This document shows positions 9,645 to 20,439 of a stretch of DNA of 64,000 nucleotides, in pieces. The notes beneath the pieces are model-generated. The model saw only the letters and a list, made by a program, of their open reading frames with translations, was not told where the DNA came from and searched no databases. The position numbers and the translations under genes were made by a program. Origin of the DNA: a virus; the IMG/VR virus record IMGVR_UViG_3300037189_002988, positions 1 through 64,000 of that record, one strand, 5' to 3'. The first letter of the stretch is position 1; the number at the start of each line of letters is the position of its first letter.

Positions 9645-10214
9645 ATGGCACAACAAGTAAAAACTTTAAAGATTTTGGGTCAATCACTTTTAACCACAGA
9701 GTCAAGAGCCATTTCATTTAGAAATTTAACAAGTAACTTAGTTACCTTAACAACAGCAACAGCACATAATATTATTGAAGGAAACTATGTAACAGTTACA
9801 GGTATTGATGCAACATTTAATGGTAATCAGAATGTTTCTACAGTTCCAAATAATACATCTTTTACATACCCAGTAACTGCAAGTAACGTTGTAACAGCAG
9901 CAACTGTTGGTGCTAGTGTTTCATACGTTCCAGAAACAATAGTATACACATGTCCAGCCTCTCCAAGCACTCAAACACTAATATCAACAATAACAGTAAC
10001 AAACTGCTCAGACGTTGATGGAACATTCTTTTTAGCAGTAGTTAAAACTGGAGAAACTTTAAGTAAGAAACATTATATAGCCTGGGGACCAGGTATATTA
10101 GCAAGAGATCAAATTTCACTAACTTTAGGTTTAACAATTACATCTGGAGATAAGATAGTAGCATTCGGTGCTCCTAATATTGCTATATCTCTATTTGGAG
10201 GAGAAATAGTCTAA
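9645..10214 (+). CDS. Adapter beta-sandwich protein with inserted small beta domain
   Basis: Paralog of 20440 and 29478 (YT.P...QT.IS.I.V.N...HY...LG.T....D). Confidence 0.55.
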   Translation: MAQQVKTLKILGQSLLTTESRAISFRNLTSNLVTLTTATAHNIIEGNYVTVTGIDATFNGNQNVSTVPNNTSFTYPVTASNVVTAATVGASVSYVPETIVYTCPASPSTQTLISTITVTNCSDVDGTFFLAVVKTGETLSKKHYIAWGPGILARDQISLTLGLTITSGDKIVAFGAPNIAISLFGGEIV

Positions 10215-11236
10215 TGGCTGTTAACAGTATAAGAGGAACTACAGGAAGTAATTCAGTAGGTCAAACTTTATTTTCATATTCAGAACTAGCAAGCATAATT
10301 CCAATTAGTTCTCCACCTGCAACTTTTTCATATGTTGCATGGGCAATTAGCCAGGGTAAATCAAAAGCAAATATTTTATCTGGTACTGCTTATTTAGACT
10401 ATATTGCTTCAAGTGGTTATACAACTTATAGAGATACAAATGGAAATTATTATGCTTATAAAGAATTTACAAGTGGTACAACAACTTGGAATGCTGGTCC
10501 ATTTAATGGAACAAATGCTGACGTACTTGTTGTAGCAGGTGGAGGTGCTGGTGCTGGACATCACTCAGGTGGTGGAGGTGCAGGCGGATACAGATTAGAA
10601 ACAAACTTTGCAGTAAGTGGTAACGTAACAGTTACAGTTGGTGCTGGTGGAACAAGTAATAACGTTACTAATACAAGAGGTACAAATGGTCAAAACTCTG
10701 TATTTAGCACAATAACTTCAATTGGTGGAGGTGCTGGAGGTGCATGGTCTGGAGTTCATGACGGTGCAGCAGGTGGTTCTGGTGGTGGAGGATCTCTTGG
10801 TGCAAGTGGTAGTACTTACAGTAATGGTGGAACAGGAACAAGTGGTCAAGGAAATAATGGCGGTAGAGGAAGACATAATGATAACCACGTAGGTGGTGGA
10901 GGTGGAGGTGCAGGTGGTCCTGGAAGTGATGGAACTTGGGGAACTGGAAGTAGAGGTGGAGCAGGTGGTGGTGGATTATCAAATTCTATAACTGGTGTAA
11001 CTAAATTTTATGCAGGCGGTGGCGGAGGTGGAAGTGGTGAAGCAAATCCAGGTGGAAACGGTGGAAACGGTGGTGGAGGTTTTGGTGGAACAAATCAATA
11101 TAAAGCAACTGATGGTGTAGCAAATACTGGTGGTGGTGGCGGTGGAGGTTGGACAACAACTTTCTTTGGTGGAAATGGCGGATCTGGAGTAGTAGTAGTA
11201 AGATTCCCACTATCTTTCCCAGCGGGGTCGATTTAA
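10214..11236 (+). CDS. Glycine-rich domain protein (putative adhesin tip)
   Basis: VLVVAGGG...GGGGAGG...YAGGGGG...GGSGVVVVRF. Confidence 0.7.
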   Translation: MAVNSIRGTTGSNSVGQTLFSYSELASIIPISSPPATFSYVAWAISQGKSKANILSGTAYLDYIASSGYTTYRDTNGNYYAYKEFTSGTTTWNAGPFNGTNADVLVVAGGGAGAGHHSGGGGAGGYRLETNFAVSGNVTVTVGAGGTSNNVTNTRGTNGQNSVFSTITSIGGGAGGAWSGVHDGAAGGSGGGGSLGASGSTYSNGGTGTSGQGNNGGRGRHNDNHVGGGGGGAGGPGSDGTWGTGSRGGAGGGGLSNSITGVTKFYAGGGGGGSGEANPGGNGGNGGGGFGGTNQYKATDGVANTGGGGGGGWTTTFFGGNGGSGVVVVRFPLSFPAGSI

Positions 11237-12262
11237 TTGCCAGAAATTTATACTTCTGATGATATTACTGCATTACTTAAATTTGGAAATACTAGTGGGG
11301 TATATAGATATTTCTCTTATGCAATGCAAAATGATTTTACTAGAACAAAAACATATAATGGTATAAGTTATTTAAATTATTTAGAATCACTTGGATGGGA
11401 AATATATTTTCAATCAAATGCATTTTATGCATGTAAAGAATTTAATACTGCTGGAACAACAACAACAACTATAACACCATTTGAAAAAAATACTTTTGAT
11501 GTTTTCTGTCTTGCAGGAGGTGGCGGTGGCGGTGGACAACACGGTGGTGGTGGCGGTGCAGGTGGTTATCGTTTAACAACAAAAGTTTTTAATAAATCTA
11601 GTATATCTGTTACTGTTGGTGAAGGTGGTATAGGTGCTATATCGGGCAATGCAAATATAATGGGTGCTAACGGTGCCAACTCAGTTGTTGACGATATTGT
11701 TTCAATTGGTGGTGGCGGTGGAGGAACTCATAACAATGTTGGTTCTGGTGCTCCTGGAGGTTCTGGTGGCGGAGGAGCAATTGGACATAGTGGTGCTAAC
11801 GGTGATAATTTTACTTGGCGATCAAACAGTCAAAGAGGAACTCCTGGTTATGCAGTGACTGGTCAAGGAAATCATGGTGGTGGAGGTTGGCATTCTAGTC
11901 CAGCATATCCTGGTGGCGGTGGTGGAGGTGCTGGCTCAGTAGGAGTACAAAGAACTGGCAACGAAAACGGTGGGCCAGGTGGAACTGGTTTATCAAATAC
12001 AATTTTAGGATATACACGTTGGTTTGCTGGCGGCGGCGGTGGTTGGAATCATTCATACTATAGTGGAACTGGTGGGCTTGGTGGTGGAGGTTTAGGATTA
12101 CAACAGTCATCTTGGGTTAGTGATCATGCTAATGCTGCTCCAAATAGTGGCGGTGGCGGTGGCGGTGGTGGTCATAGTAATGGTATTCGGGGTGGCAATG
12201 GTGCAACTGGTATAGTTGTTATTAGAACTCAAATTGTTTATTCCGCAGGAGGTATTGGATAA
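11237..12262 (+). CDS. Glycine-rich domain protein (putative adhesin tip), TTG start
   Basis: Same Gly-rich scaffold; N-terminal domain paralogous to its neighbours. Confidence 0.7.
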   Translation: MPEIYTSDDITALLKFGNTSGVYRYFSYAMQNDFTRTKTYNGISYLNYLESLGWEIYFQSNAFYACKEFNTAGTTTTTITPFEKNTFDVFCLAGGGGGGGQHGGGGGAGGYRLTTKVFNKSSISVTVGEGGIGAISGNANIMGANGANSVVDDIVSIGGGGGGTHNNVGSGAPGGSGGGGAIGHSGANGDNFTWRSNSQRGTPGYAVTGQGNHGGGGWHSSPAYPGGGGGGAGSVGVQRTGNENGGPGGTGLSNTILGYTRWFAGGGGGWNHSYYSGTGGLGGGGLGLQQSSWVSDHANAAPNSGGGGGGGGHSNGIRGGNGATGIVVIRTQIVYSAGGIG

Positions 12263-13263
12263 TGCCAGATAATTTTTCCTCTTCAGAACTAGCAAGCGTA
12301 TTGCCTGCTGGAGCAAATCCAGCATTGTATAGATTTGTTACAACAAAAATTAATCAAGGTGTTTCAAAAACACAAATATTTAGTGCTAGTCCAACATTTA
12401 CTCAATGGATTCAAAGTTATGGATGGACCACATATGCTTCAGGTGCAAGTTTTTTTGCATACAAATCATTTACAAATACTGGATCACAAAACGTAGACTT
12501 ATCTCCATTTGTTGGGGGATATGCAGATGTCTTAATAGTTGGTGGTGGCGGTGGTGGAGGAAATCATCATGGCGGTGGAGGTGGAGGTGGTGGTTACATT
12601 TTTGAGTCTGGTATTTTAGTAGACACTAATAGTGTTCCTATAACAGTTGGTGCAGGTGGAAATTCTAGTCCATATAGTAGTGCTGCTCCAGGAGGTACAG
12701 GTGGCAATTCAAGATTTATGCATTTATTGGCTATAGGTGGCGGTGGTGGAGGTTCATATCAATGTGCTTACGGTAACGGAACTCCTGGTGGTTCAGGTGG
12801 TGGTGCTGCAATGGGAAACTCTTCTGGTGGCGGAGACACAATTGGAGAAAGAAGAGGTCACGGTGGTGCGGCTCAGTTAGGTCAAGGAAACTTTGGTGGA
12901 CATGGATATCATCACTCAAATTGGGGTGGCGGCGGAGGTGGTGGTGCAGGTGGTGTTGGAACTACCGTTAGTGGAAATAATGGTGGACCAGGTGGACCAG
13001 GTCTAGTAAATAGCATTACTGGTACAGCAACACATTACGCAGGAGGCGGTGGCGGACACGGTCACACTGCAAGTGCTCAAGGTGGAATTGGTGGTGGAGG
13101 ACTTGGTGCAAGCCATAGTCCAAACGTAACACCAGGAAATGGAACAGATGGTTTAGGTGGCGGCGGTGGCGGATCACATGCAAGTCCAAGTGGTTCAGCG
13201 GGAAGAGGGGGTAGTGGGATAGTTATAGTAAGATTTAGTTTTACTAATCCTACTTCATTTTAA
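12262..13263 (+). CDS. Glycine-rich domain protein (putative adhesin tip)
   Basis: Same scaffold, ends GGSGIVIVRF. Confidence 0.7.
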   Translation: MPDNFSSSELASVLPAGANPALYRFVTTKINQGVSKTQIFSASPTFTQWIQSYGWTTYASGASFFAYKSFTNTGSQNVDLSPFVGGYADVLIVGGGGGGGNHHGGGGGGGGYIFESGILVDTNSVPITVGAGGNSSPYSSAAPGGTGGNSRFMHLLAIGGGGGGSYQCAYGNGTPGGSGGGAAMGNSSGGGDTIGERRGHGGAAQLGQGNFGGHGYHHSNWGGGGGGGAGGVGTTVSGNNGGPGGPGLVNSITGTATHYAGGGGGHGHTASAQGGIGGGGLGASHSPNVTPGNGTDGLGGGGGGSHASPSGSAGRGGSGIVIVRFSFTNPTSF

Positions 13264-13265
13264 TT

Positions 13266-13664
13266 ATGACTGAAAAAGAAATAGAATTAAGAGAAATTGC
13301 CAGAACTAATTTAATTAATAACATAAGTTATGATTCTCTTGGAAATCCAATTGAATATACTGATGAAGAGTTAGATTTTAAAGTAGATCAAATTATAAAT
13401 TTTGAAAAGACTAATGTTATTAGATGGGAAGAATTAAGACAGTCTAGAAATAGAAGATTATTAAATTGTGATTGGACTCAGATAGCAGACGCACCCATTA
13501 CAGAGGAATTAAGGGCTGAATGGACGACTTACAGAAGAGCACTAAGGGATTTACCAGCCAATACAGAATTTCCTGCCTACGTTGATTTTCCTAGGTTTCC
13601 TGGCGAAGTAAGACCAGAAGATGAAGGTTTTGTTACAGATACAGTTCCAGGAGAAGGTGCATAA
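13266..13664 (+). CDS. Tail-fibre assembly chaperone
   Basis: LRQSRNRRLLNCDWTQIADAP...W..YR.ALRDLP motif. Confidence 0.75.
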   Translation: MTEKEIELREIARTNLINNISYDSLGNPIEYTDEELDFKVDQIINFEKTNVIRWEELRQSRNRRLLNCDWTQIADAPITEELRAEWTTYRRALRDLPANTEFPAYVDFPRFPGEVRPEDEGFVTDTVPGEGA

Positions 13665-14563
13665 TGGCATCAGCAACTATATCCCTAACAACTAGACCAG
13701 CGTATGTGTGGTCTGGGTCACAGTGGATTCCTGTAAATGATATAACTAATGTTGGTAACTATACATATGTTGCCTATTCATCAGCATCACCTTCAGATCC
13801 TAAGATTGGTTTGCTATGGGTAGACGCCGATTCTCAAATAAGTGGTTCAGATCACACACACACTGACTTAACAGAATTAATTGCTGCCTCAGCATCATTT
13901 GCAACATCTACTGAATTATTTAACTTTACTACTTCTAATAGTGCTTCTGTAAATACTATAAGTTCTTCTTTGACTACTTTGTCAAATAATGTTTCAACAA
14001 ACTATTTACAAAATACTACAGCATCAACAAACTACTTAAGCAAGACAGGTGCTTCTTCAGAATACCTAAGTAAGGTAGGTGCTTCTGCAGAATATGTTAA
14101 CTATGGAGCATCTGGACAAGAATTTATTCAAGACTTAATTGCTTCTTTATTTGCAAGTGCCTCAACTGCGGGGGTATCTGTAAGTTATGACGATGTTAAT
14201 AATAAAATATCCTTATTTGTAGATGACGATATTATTCCATTGGATAATTTACAAGGAAGATTTGACGGTATTGAAAATAGATTCTATGCAATGTATAGAG
14301 GAGAGGTATTTAATATAACTAATCCCTATAGACTATTTCTTACGATTAATGGTATAATACAAACAGTAGACTTTCCAGAATATGTGTGGAAATCAGAGTA
14401 CCCTAGAGATGGCTTTAGGATAGACTCAGACGGATATATAGCATTCTCAGAAAGACCACCTGCTGGGTCAACATTCGATGCTAGACTAATGATGGGATCG
14501 GCAACTACCACTAGAAACGACATATATCCATTTAAACCAATTGATATAATGTTGGGAGGATAA
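13664..14563 (+). CDS. Tail-fibre arm protein
   Basis: N-terminal RPAYVWSG..W, 10-aa YL....AS repeats, C-terminal INGIIQ domain. Confidence 0.55.
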   Translation: MASATISLTTRPAYVWSGSQWIPVNDITNVGNYTYVAYSSASPSDPKIGLLWVDADSQISGSDHTHTDLTELIAASASFATSTELFNFTTSNSASVNTISSSLTTLSNNVSTNYLQNTTASTNYLSKTGASSEYLSKVGASAEYVNYGASGQEFIQDLIASLFASASTAGVSVSYDDVNNKISLFVDDDIIPLDNLQGRFDGIENRFYAMYRGEVFNITNPYRLFLTINGIIQTVDFPEYVWKSEYPRDGFRIDSDGYIAFSERPPAGSTFDARLMMGSATTTRNDIYPFKPIDIMLGG

Positions 14564-14568
14564 AAAAT

Positions 14569-17500
14569 ATGGCAAGAAAAGTAGTATTTGAAACACAATA
14601 TACATTTAACCCAGCAACTAAAACAATTGTATTTAATCACTATATACCAGCCGAAAGACTAATCTTAATAACAAACGTAACAAAAAATATTGTAATTTAT
14701 AATTTCTCAGACCCAAGTCTAAAGGGTACTGTATCAGCATCTGTTAACTCAAACATGGACGAATTAACTACAGTTGTATTAAACTATAACACTGCTGCAA
14801 TGTCTTCAACTGATAAGATATCTATCTTAGTTGATGAATATGATGAAAAATTTACTCCATCAGAATCATATGTAGATTCTACAAATAAACTTAGAGTAAC
14901 AACTCCACAAGCACTTATCGATACTGACTTTGAATACGGCCCACAAACTACAAAATGGGAAAATCTTGGATTAATTAATCAAAGACCATTTTCTTATACA
15001 ACACCAGCACCAATTCCAAACGTTTCAGCAATTACAATGAATACAAATTCAAGAGTTGTAACAGTGACACTTTCAAGTGGTACTGCACCAGCAAACGGAA
15101 CATCAATTTCTGTTTATGATACATATCTTTCAATTGCAAATGGTAACTTTACAGTAGAAAGCGGCGGTGGAACAAGTACATTTACATACACTGGTAGAGC
15201 AGTAAACTCAAGTGGAGTATCGTCAATTTTAGATACAAATAAAACTGTTATCTATTCTGGATTGGTTTATACAGGTGCTGCAATTGGTGGAGCACCAACA
15301 ATGTCTTATGCTGGTCAGGCAGTTTCTGTTACAACAACAGTTCCTCATGGACTATCAATTGGTAATGAAGTAAGTATTATTGGAGCAACAGCAACAACAA
15401 ATGCACCAAATGGAACATTTCCAGTTTGTACAATTACAAGTCCAACTCAATTTACATACTATACTTTAGCAGCACCAACTGGAACTCTTTCTGGTGCAGC
15501 AGCAACAGTATATATGGTTCCAAAATCACAATTCTTACACAGACCATTTGACGGTGGTGTTGTATTTTCAGCAAATGCCAACTCAAACAACGAGCAGGCT
15601 ATTCGTCAAACAAGACGTTATTTCCGTTATCAATCAGGTAAGGGTATGCAAATGTCTTCAGGAACAATTTTAAAACCAAATCTTCAACTTGACTCAATCA
15701 ACTCAGTTGGACAAACTGTAACAGTACAAACAAAAGATCAACATAACTTGCAACCAGGTGCAATTGTAAGAATTGGTGGATGTTTAGATCCAATCTATAA
15801 CGGAGACTATGCAGTTAGTTCAATCATTGGATATAACAAATTTCAATACACAATTCCAAGTGTACCAACATCATCAGTAGGTCAAGGACCATACTATGCA
15901 GCAGTAATTTCTTGGTACGGATGCTCAAATAAACTTGGTATTTTTGATGAACAAAATGGTTTATTCTTTGAATTTAATGGTCAGACATTATATGCAGTTC
16001 GTAGAAATTCTACATTCCAAATTTCTGGTAGAGTAACTGCAACAAATGGTTCAAATACTATTACACAAACAGATTCATCATTCCCAACATATTTTGCAAG
16101 ACAATTAAATGTTGGTAACTTTATTGTAGTTCGTGGGGTATCTTATAAAGTTCAAAGTATTGAAAGTGATACAAGCATGACAATAACACCTTCATATAGA
16201 GGATCAACAACACAATTTGCAATTGTTTCTAAAACAGTTGATACAAAGATTCCTCAATCACAGTGGAATATTGATAAGATGGATGGAACTGGACCATCTG
16301 GAATGTTACTAGATCTAGCAAAAATGCAAATGTTTTATATTGACTATTCTTGGTATGGTGCAGGGTATGTACGTTGGGGTATGCGTGGACGAGATGGAAA
16401 CGTAACTTATGTACATAAGATGCCAAATAATAATATTAATAATGAAGCATATATGCGTTCTGGTAACTTACCAGCACGTTATGAATCTTCAACAGATCCA
16501 ATTTACACATCCTTAACATCTAGCATGTCTAATACTGATACTGCTATGTATGTAAATGATACATCAAACTTTCCAGCAAGTGGAACATTGTGTGTAAGAG
16601 ATGGTTCTAAATATGAATATATTAATTATTCAGCAAAAACAACTACATCATTTACTGGATTAACAAGAGCACAATCTGGTTCAACAGGTGGAGTAACTGT
16701 ATCTATCACTTCAGGTACAAACACAGGAACAGTAGCAAGTGTTTCAGGTATTCAAGTTGGTCAAAGAGTTATTAGTGCAGATTTTCCAGATGGAACTTAT
16801 GTTGCAGCAATTAGTGGAACAACATTAACATTTACTCAGGCATCAACTGCAACAAACCCTACAGGTGTACTATTTGCACCAATGGGTATGGCTAGTCCAC
16901 AATCATTTACAATTTCTGCTACATCGCCAACAATGGTTGAATTAGCATTCCCATCATATTCATCTCAAATTTCACATTGGGGCACATCTGTAATTATGGA
17001 TGGTAGATATGATGATGATAAATCTTTGGTATTTACATATGGACAAACAGCATTTACCACTATTGCATCAGGTGCTTCAAGAGCACTATTTTCAATTCGT
17101 GTAGCACCATCTGTAGATAACGGTATTGCTGCAAACTTTGGAACACGTGAACTTGTTAATAGAATGCAGTTAGTTCTTCGTGCTCTAGATGTTTCTACAA
17201 AAAGTGCCTCTGCAAACATGCTTGTAACAGCAGTTCTTAATGGAACTCCAAGTTCTGCAACTGCATGGACAAATGCAATTAATAACGCTACAGGATTAGC
17301 AAATTCAAGTCTTGCACAAATTGCAAACTATGCAGCAGGATCAACAACAATTTCTGGTGGTGAAGTAACTGGAGGTTTCTTTGTTACTGGAACAACAAGC
17401 GTTGACTTAGAACGAGTTCGTGATCTTGGAAATAGCATTCTTGGCGGCGGCGGTACAAATGCAAATACAAACATATATCCAGATGGACCAGATGTTCTTA

Positions 17501-17577
17501 CAATTGTTGTAACAAATACTGGTGCAGCAGCAGTAGATGTACTAGGAAGACTTTCTTGGACCGAAGCCCAGGCATAA
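14569..17577 (+). CDS. Large virion structural/receptor-binding protein
   Basis: T/S-rich beta protein with repeated V.V.T...H.L..G..V.I.G domains. Confidence 0.6.
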   Translation: MARKVVFETQYTFNPATKTIVFNHYIPAERLILITNVTKNIVIYNFSDPSLKGTVSASVNSNMDELTTVVLNYNTAAMSSTDKISILVDEYDEKFTPSESYVDSTNKLRVTTPQALIDTDFEYGPQTTKWENLGLINQRPFSYTTPAPIPNVSAITMNTNSRVVTVTLSSGTAPANGTSISVYDTYLSIANGNFTVESGGGTSTFTYTGRAVNSSGVSSILDTNKTVIYSGLVYTGAAIGGAPTMSYAGQAVSVTTTVPHGLSIGNEVSIIGATATTNAPNGTFPVCTITSPTQFTYYTLAAPTGTLSGAAATVYMVPKSQFLHRPFDGGVVFSANANSNNEQAIRQTRRYFRYQSGKGMQMSSGTILKPNLQLDSINSVGQTVTVQTKDQHNLQPGAIVRIGGCLDPIYNGDYAVSSIIGYNKFQYTIPSVPTSSVGQGPYYAAVISWYGCSNKLGIFDEQNGLFFEFNGQTLYAVRRNSTFQISGRVTATNGSNTITQTDSSFPTYFARQLNVGNFIVVRGVSYKVQSIESDTSMTITPSYRGSTTQFAIVSKTVDTKIPQSQWNIDKMDGTGPSGMLLDLAKMQMFYIDYSWYGAGYVRWGMRGRDGNVTYVHKMPNNNINNEAYMRSGNLPARYESSTDPIYTSLTSSMSNTDTAMYVNDTSNFPASGTLCVRDGSKYEYINYSAKTTTSFTGLTRAQSGSTGGVTVSITSGTNTGTVASVSGIQVGQRVISADFPDGTYVAAISGTTLTFTQASTATNPTGVLFAPMGMASPQSFTISATSPTMVELAFPSYSSQISHWGTSVIMDGRYDDDKSLVFTYGQTAFTTIASGASRALFSIRVAPSVDNGIAANFGTRELVNRMQLVLRALDVSTKSASANMLVTAVLNGTPSSATAWTNAINNATGLANSSLAQIANYAAGSTTISGGEVTGGFFVTGTTSVDLERVRDLGNSILGGGGTNANTNIYPDGPDVLTIVVTNTGAAAVDVLGRLSWTEAQA

Positions 17578-17586
17578 GGGGCGGGT

Positions 17587-18156
17587 ATGGGATTAAATAA
17601 ACTCAATCATCAATATGATTATGAATTAAACGTTCCTATATTATCATCAGGTAATAATTCAACTATTGTTAATAATACAATTGGTACTAATAATATATCT
17701 GGTGTAAGTAATATTTCTAGCCCCCCTGCAACTACAGCCTCAGCATCTTTTACAAATACAGTTGACATTACTGGAAGACTTGATGTATCTGAAATATCAG
17801 AAAGAATTACTGATGTAGTTGTAACCCCAAGTGGTCTTTGTTATACAAACTTTAATCTTTCTAGCATATTTTATTTATCAAATAGTCCAACATCAAATTT
17901 TGCAATGAATGTTGATAATGTTCCAACAACCAATTTAAAATCAAATGTAGCATCTTTAATAATTCCACAAGGTGCAACAGGCTACGGAGTTTCAACTTTT
18001 CAAATTAATGGAGTTACTCAAACAATTAGATGGTTAGGTGGAACAGGACCAACTCCAACTAACGGTGCTGGAAGAATAGATATATATAACTTTACTATGA
18101 TTAGAAGATCAAATTCTTGGATAGTTATAGGTAACGCTAACCAAAATATTATTTAG
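17587..18156 (+). CDS. Connector protein for Gly-rich tip
   Basis: QTIRW.GGT.PTPT...G.IDI..F domain, shared with the C-terminus of 24874..25806. Confidence 0.5.
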   Translation: MGLNKLNHQYDYELNVPILSSGNNSTIVNNTIGTNNISGVSNISSPPATTASASFTNTVDITGRLDVSEISERITDVVVTPSGLCYTNFNLSSIFYLSNSPTSNFAMNVDNVPTTNLKSNVASLIIPQGATGYGVSTFQINGVTQTIRWLGGTGPTPTNGAGRIDIYNFTMIRRSNSWIVIGNANQNII

Positions 18157-18163
18157 GAGTTAT

Positions 18164-18916
18164 ATGCCAGCAACTAGTATATTATCTGGAAACTTTGGAG
18201 TAATTGGAAAAAGATCTGGTAGCGGTGGTGGATCTTTTAATGCATCTGGTGGAAATCAAACTATAGATAGTGGCGGATATAGAATTCATAAATTTACAGC
18301 AACTGGTTCATTTACTGCAGTTGGAACAAAGTCAATACAATGTTTTGTTTTGGCAGGTGGAGGACCAGGTTCTTTAGCAACAGGGTCAAATGGCGGTGGT
18401 GGAGGTGGTGCTGGAGGATTAATTATTTCTTCTTTTAATAATGTAGGAACAAACGTATATACAATTACTGTTGGTGGTGCTGGTTCAAGTTCTTCAATTG
18501 ATAGTATAAAAGTTGCACAACCTGGTGGTGCTGGTGGAGCATTAAGTTCAAGCGGCACACCTGGACCATCTGGTGGCGGTGGAGGTGGATACGGAAGTGG
18601 TGCATTTGGTGGATACAATGATGATCTTGATGCAGAAACATTTGGAAATGCAGGTGGAAATGGAAATTCTTCTGGTACACCATTAGGTGGTGGAGGAGGA
18701 GGTGCTGGTGGTCCTGGAGGAAATGCAAGTAGTTCGTTTGGTGGCTCTGGCGGATTAGCATACACATCATCATTTGATGGAACATCAAGAGAGTATGGTC
18801 GTGGTGGTGCTGGATTTAATGGATCAAATAGTGGAAATGCTGCTAACACTGGAAATGGTGGAACATATCTTAGTGCAGGCGGTAGTGGAATTGTAATGTT
18901 AAGATATGCAATTTAA
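18164..18916 (+). CDS. Glycine-rich domain protein
   Basis: GYRIHKFTATG...GGSGIVMLRYAI. Confidence 0.7.
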   Translation: MPATSILSGNFGVIGKRSGSGGGSFNASGGNQTIDSGGYRIHKFTATGSFTAVGTKSIQCFVLAGGGPGSLATGSNGGGGGGAGGLIISSFNNVGTNVYTITVGGAGSSSSIDSIKVAQPGGAGGALSSSGTPGPSGGGGGGYGSGAFGGYNDDLDAETFGNAGGNGNSSGTPLGGGGGGAGGPGGNASSSFGGSGGLAYTSSFDGTSREYGRGGAGFNGSNSGNAANTGNGGTYLSAGGSGIVMLRYAI

Positions 18917-18954
18917 TAAATTACTACAATGCTATAATTAAAAAGGTGAATTAA

Positions 18955-20439
18955 ATGACAAAACCAATGTATATTTGGGACGGATTATCTTGGCAACCAG
19001 CCGTTGATAATTTACTTGGAACAACTGCAAAAGTTGTTTATCAAGCATCTGAGCCAGATATTGTAGAAATTGGTACTGTATGGGTAAATAGTGCTGCGTC
19101 TGCAGTTCCAGACTATACGGCCACAAGTGCAACTCAAATTGCATATAGCCCTTCAATTTATACTTCAGCAAGTGCAACTAATGTTCAATTAGGACTAGAT
19201 TATTTAAGACTTAATCCTTTTGTTTACGTTACTTCTGTAACAAGACCAGGGTATCCAAATATTGGAATGGTTATATATGAAACAGATACTAAAAAAACAT
19301 ATATGTGGAATGGACTAAAGTGGGCAAATGTAAGTGATAGTGCTGCAATATATCAATCAGCAGACCCATCTATATCAGATCCATTTATAAACGTTGGAAC
19401 GTTTTGGGTTGATTCAGACAACGGTGTTTTAAAATATTTTAATGGTACATCTTTTGTTGAACCAGAATTTCTTGATTATTTAACATTATCTTCAGCATCG
19501 TCAACATACTTAACAAGATCTTCGGCATCGTCAACATACTTAACTCAATCTTCAGCATCCTCAACATATACCACCCCAGCACAAATAGCACAAGACTATT
19601 TATCTAAAGCCTCAGCATCATCAACATACTTAACACAGTCTTCAGCGTCATCAACCTATCTAACTCAATTTGTTGCAAGCACTGATTACTTAACAATTGC
19701 AAACGCAACCAATAACTACCTTCCTAAAACTGCAAGCATGGCATTCACTAGGTGGAGAAAGACATATTCTGCTTCAGCAACTGCTATAACAGGCTCTGAT
19801 GATAATCTATATAGTTTACAATATAATCCAGGGTATGAACAAGTATTCATAAATGGAGTATTACTTGCTAATAATGAATATACTACTACTAACTCAAACT
19901 TAATTACTTTAAATCAACCAGTATTACCTAATGAAATTATAGATATATATGCATATCAAAATTCAACGAATGTTAATACATATACCCAGGGTCAAATAGA
20001 CTCTAAATATAATGAGTATTCAAGATGGAGAAAAGCATTTTTATCAAGTGCTTCTGTAATTACAGGAATAGATGACCTTGGAAATACTTTAAACTATACC
20101 CCTGGATATGAACAAGTATATTTAAATGGTATTTTATTAACTCCAATTATTGACTATACAAGACTAGCAAATACTGTTATAACATTGCCTACCTCAATAG
20201 TTTCTGGAGATATATTAGAAATAGTTGGACTCAAACCATTTAATGTAGCAAGTCTTGATTTTGAGCCAAACATACCTTATGTATCAGCATCACCTACTTC
20301 TCCAGTACCTGGTACTTTATGGATTGACTCAACAACTATCACTTCACCCAAATTGAAAGTGTATAATGGAACTAAGTGGATCGCTGTCTCTGGTGGTGGA
20401 GGAGACTCTGGTTTCCATCCATTCTTTGGAGCGTACTAA
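18955..20439 (+). CDS. Tail-fibre arm protein with SSASSTYLT repeats and two V..NG.LL domains
   Basis: N-terminal KPMYIWDG..W; duplicated RWRK...GYEQV..NG.LL domain; C-terminal GGGGDSGFHPFFGAY. Confidence 0.6.
   Translation: MTKPMYIWDGLSWQPAVDNLLGTTAKVVYQASEPDIVEIGTVWVNSAASAVPDYTATSATQIAYSPSIYTSASATNVQLGLDYLRLNPFVYVTSVTRPGYPNIGMVIYETDTKKTYMWNGLKWANVSDSAAIYQSADPSISDPFINVGTFWVDSDNGVLKYFNGTSFVEPEFLDYLTLSSASSTYLTRSSASSTYLTQSSASSTYTTPAQIAQDYLSKASASSTYLTQSSASSTYLTQFVASTDYLTIANATNNYLPKTASMAFTRWRKTYSASATAITGSDDNLYSLQYNPGYEQVFINGVLLANNEYTTTNSNLITLNQPVLPNEIIDIYAYQNSTNVNTYTQGQIDSKYNEYSRWRKAFLSSASVITGIDDLGNTLNYTPGYEQVYLNGILLTPIIDYTRLANTVITLPTSIVSGDILEIVGLKPFNVASLDFEPNIPYVSASPTSPVPGTLWIDSTTITSPKLKVYNGTKWIAVSGGGGDSGFHPFFGAY
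19477..19737 (+). repeat. In-frame 30-bp / 10-aa tandem repeat (YLTxSSASST)
   Basis: About 8 degenerate units, e.g. tcttcagcatcgtcaacatacttaac. Confidence 0.8.

Noticed and set aside
18286-18849. 187-aa Pro-rich minus-strand ORF, and similar His/Leu/Pro-rich ORFs opposite other Gly-rich genes
   Set aside because: Antisense shadow of GGN codon runs; no SD or promoter.
19477-19737. CRISPR-like array
   Set aside because: The repeats are contiguous in-frame 10-aa units without unique spacers.
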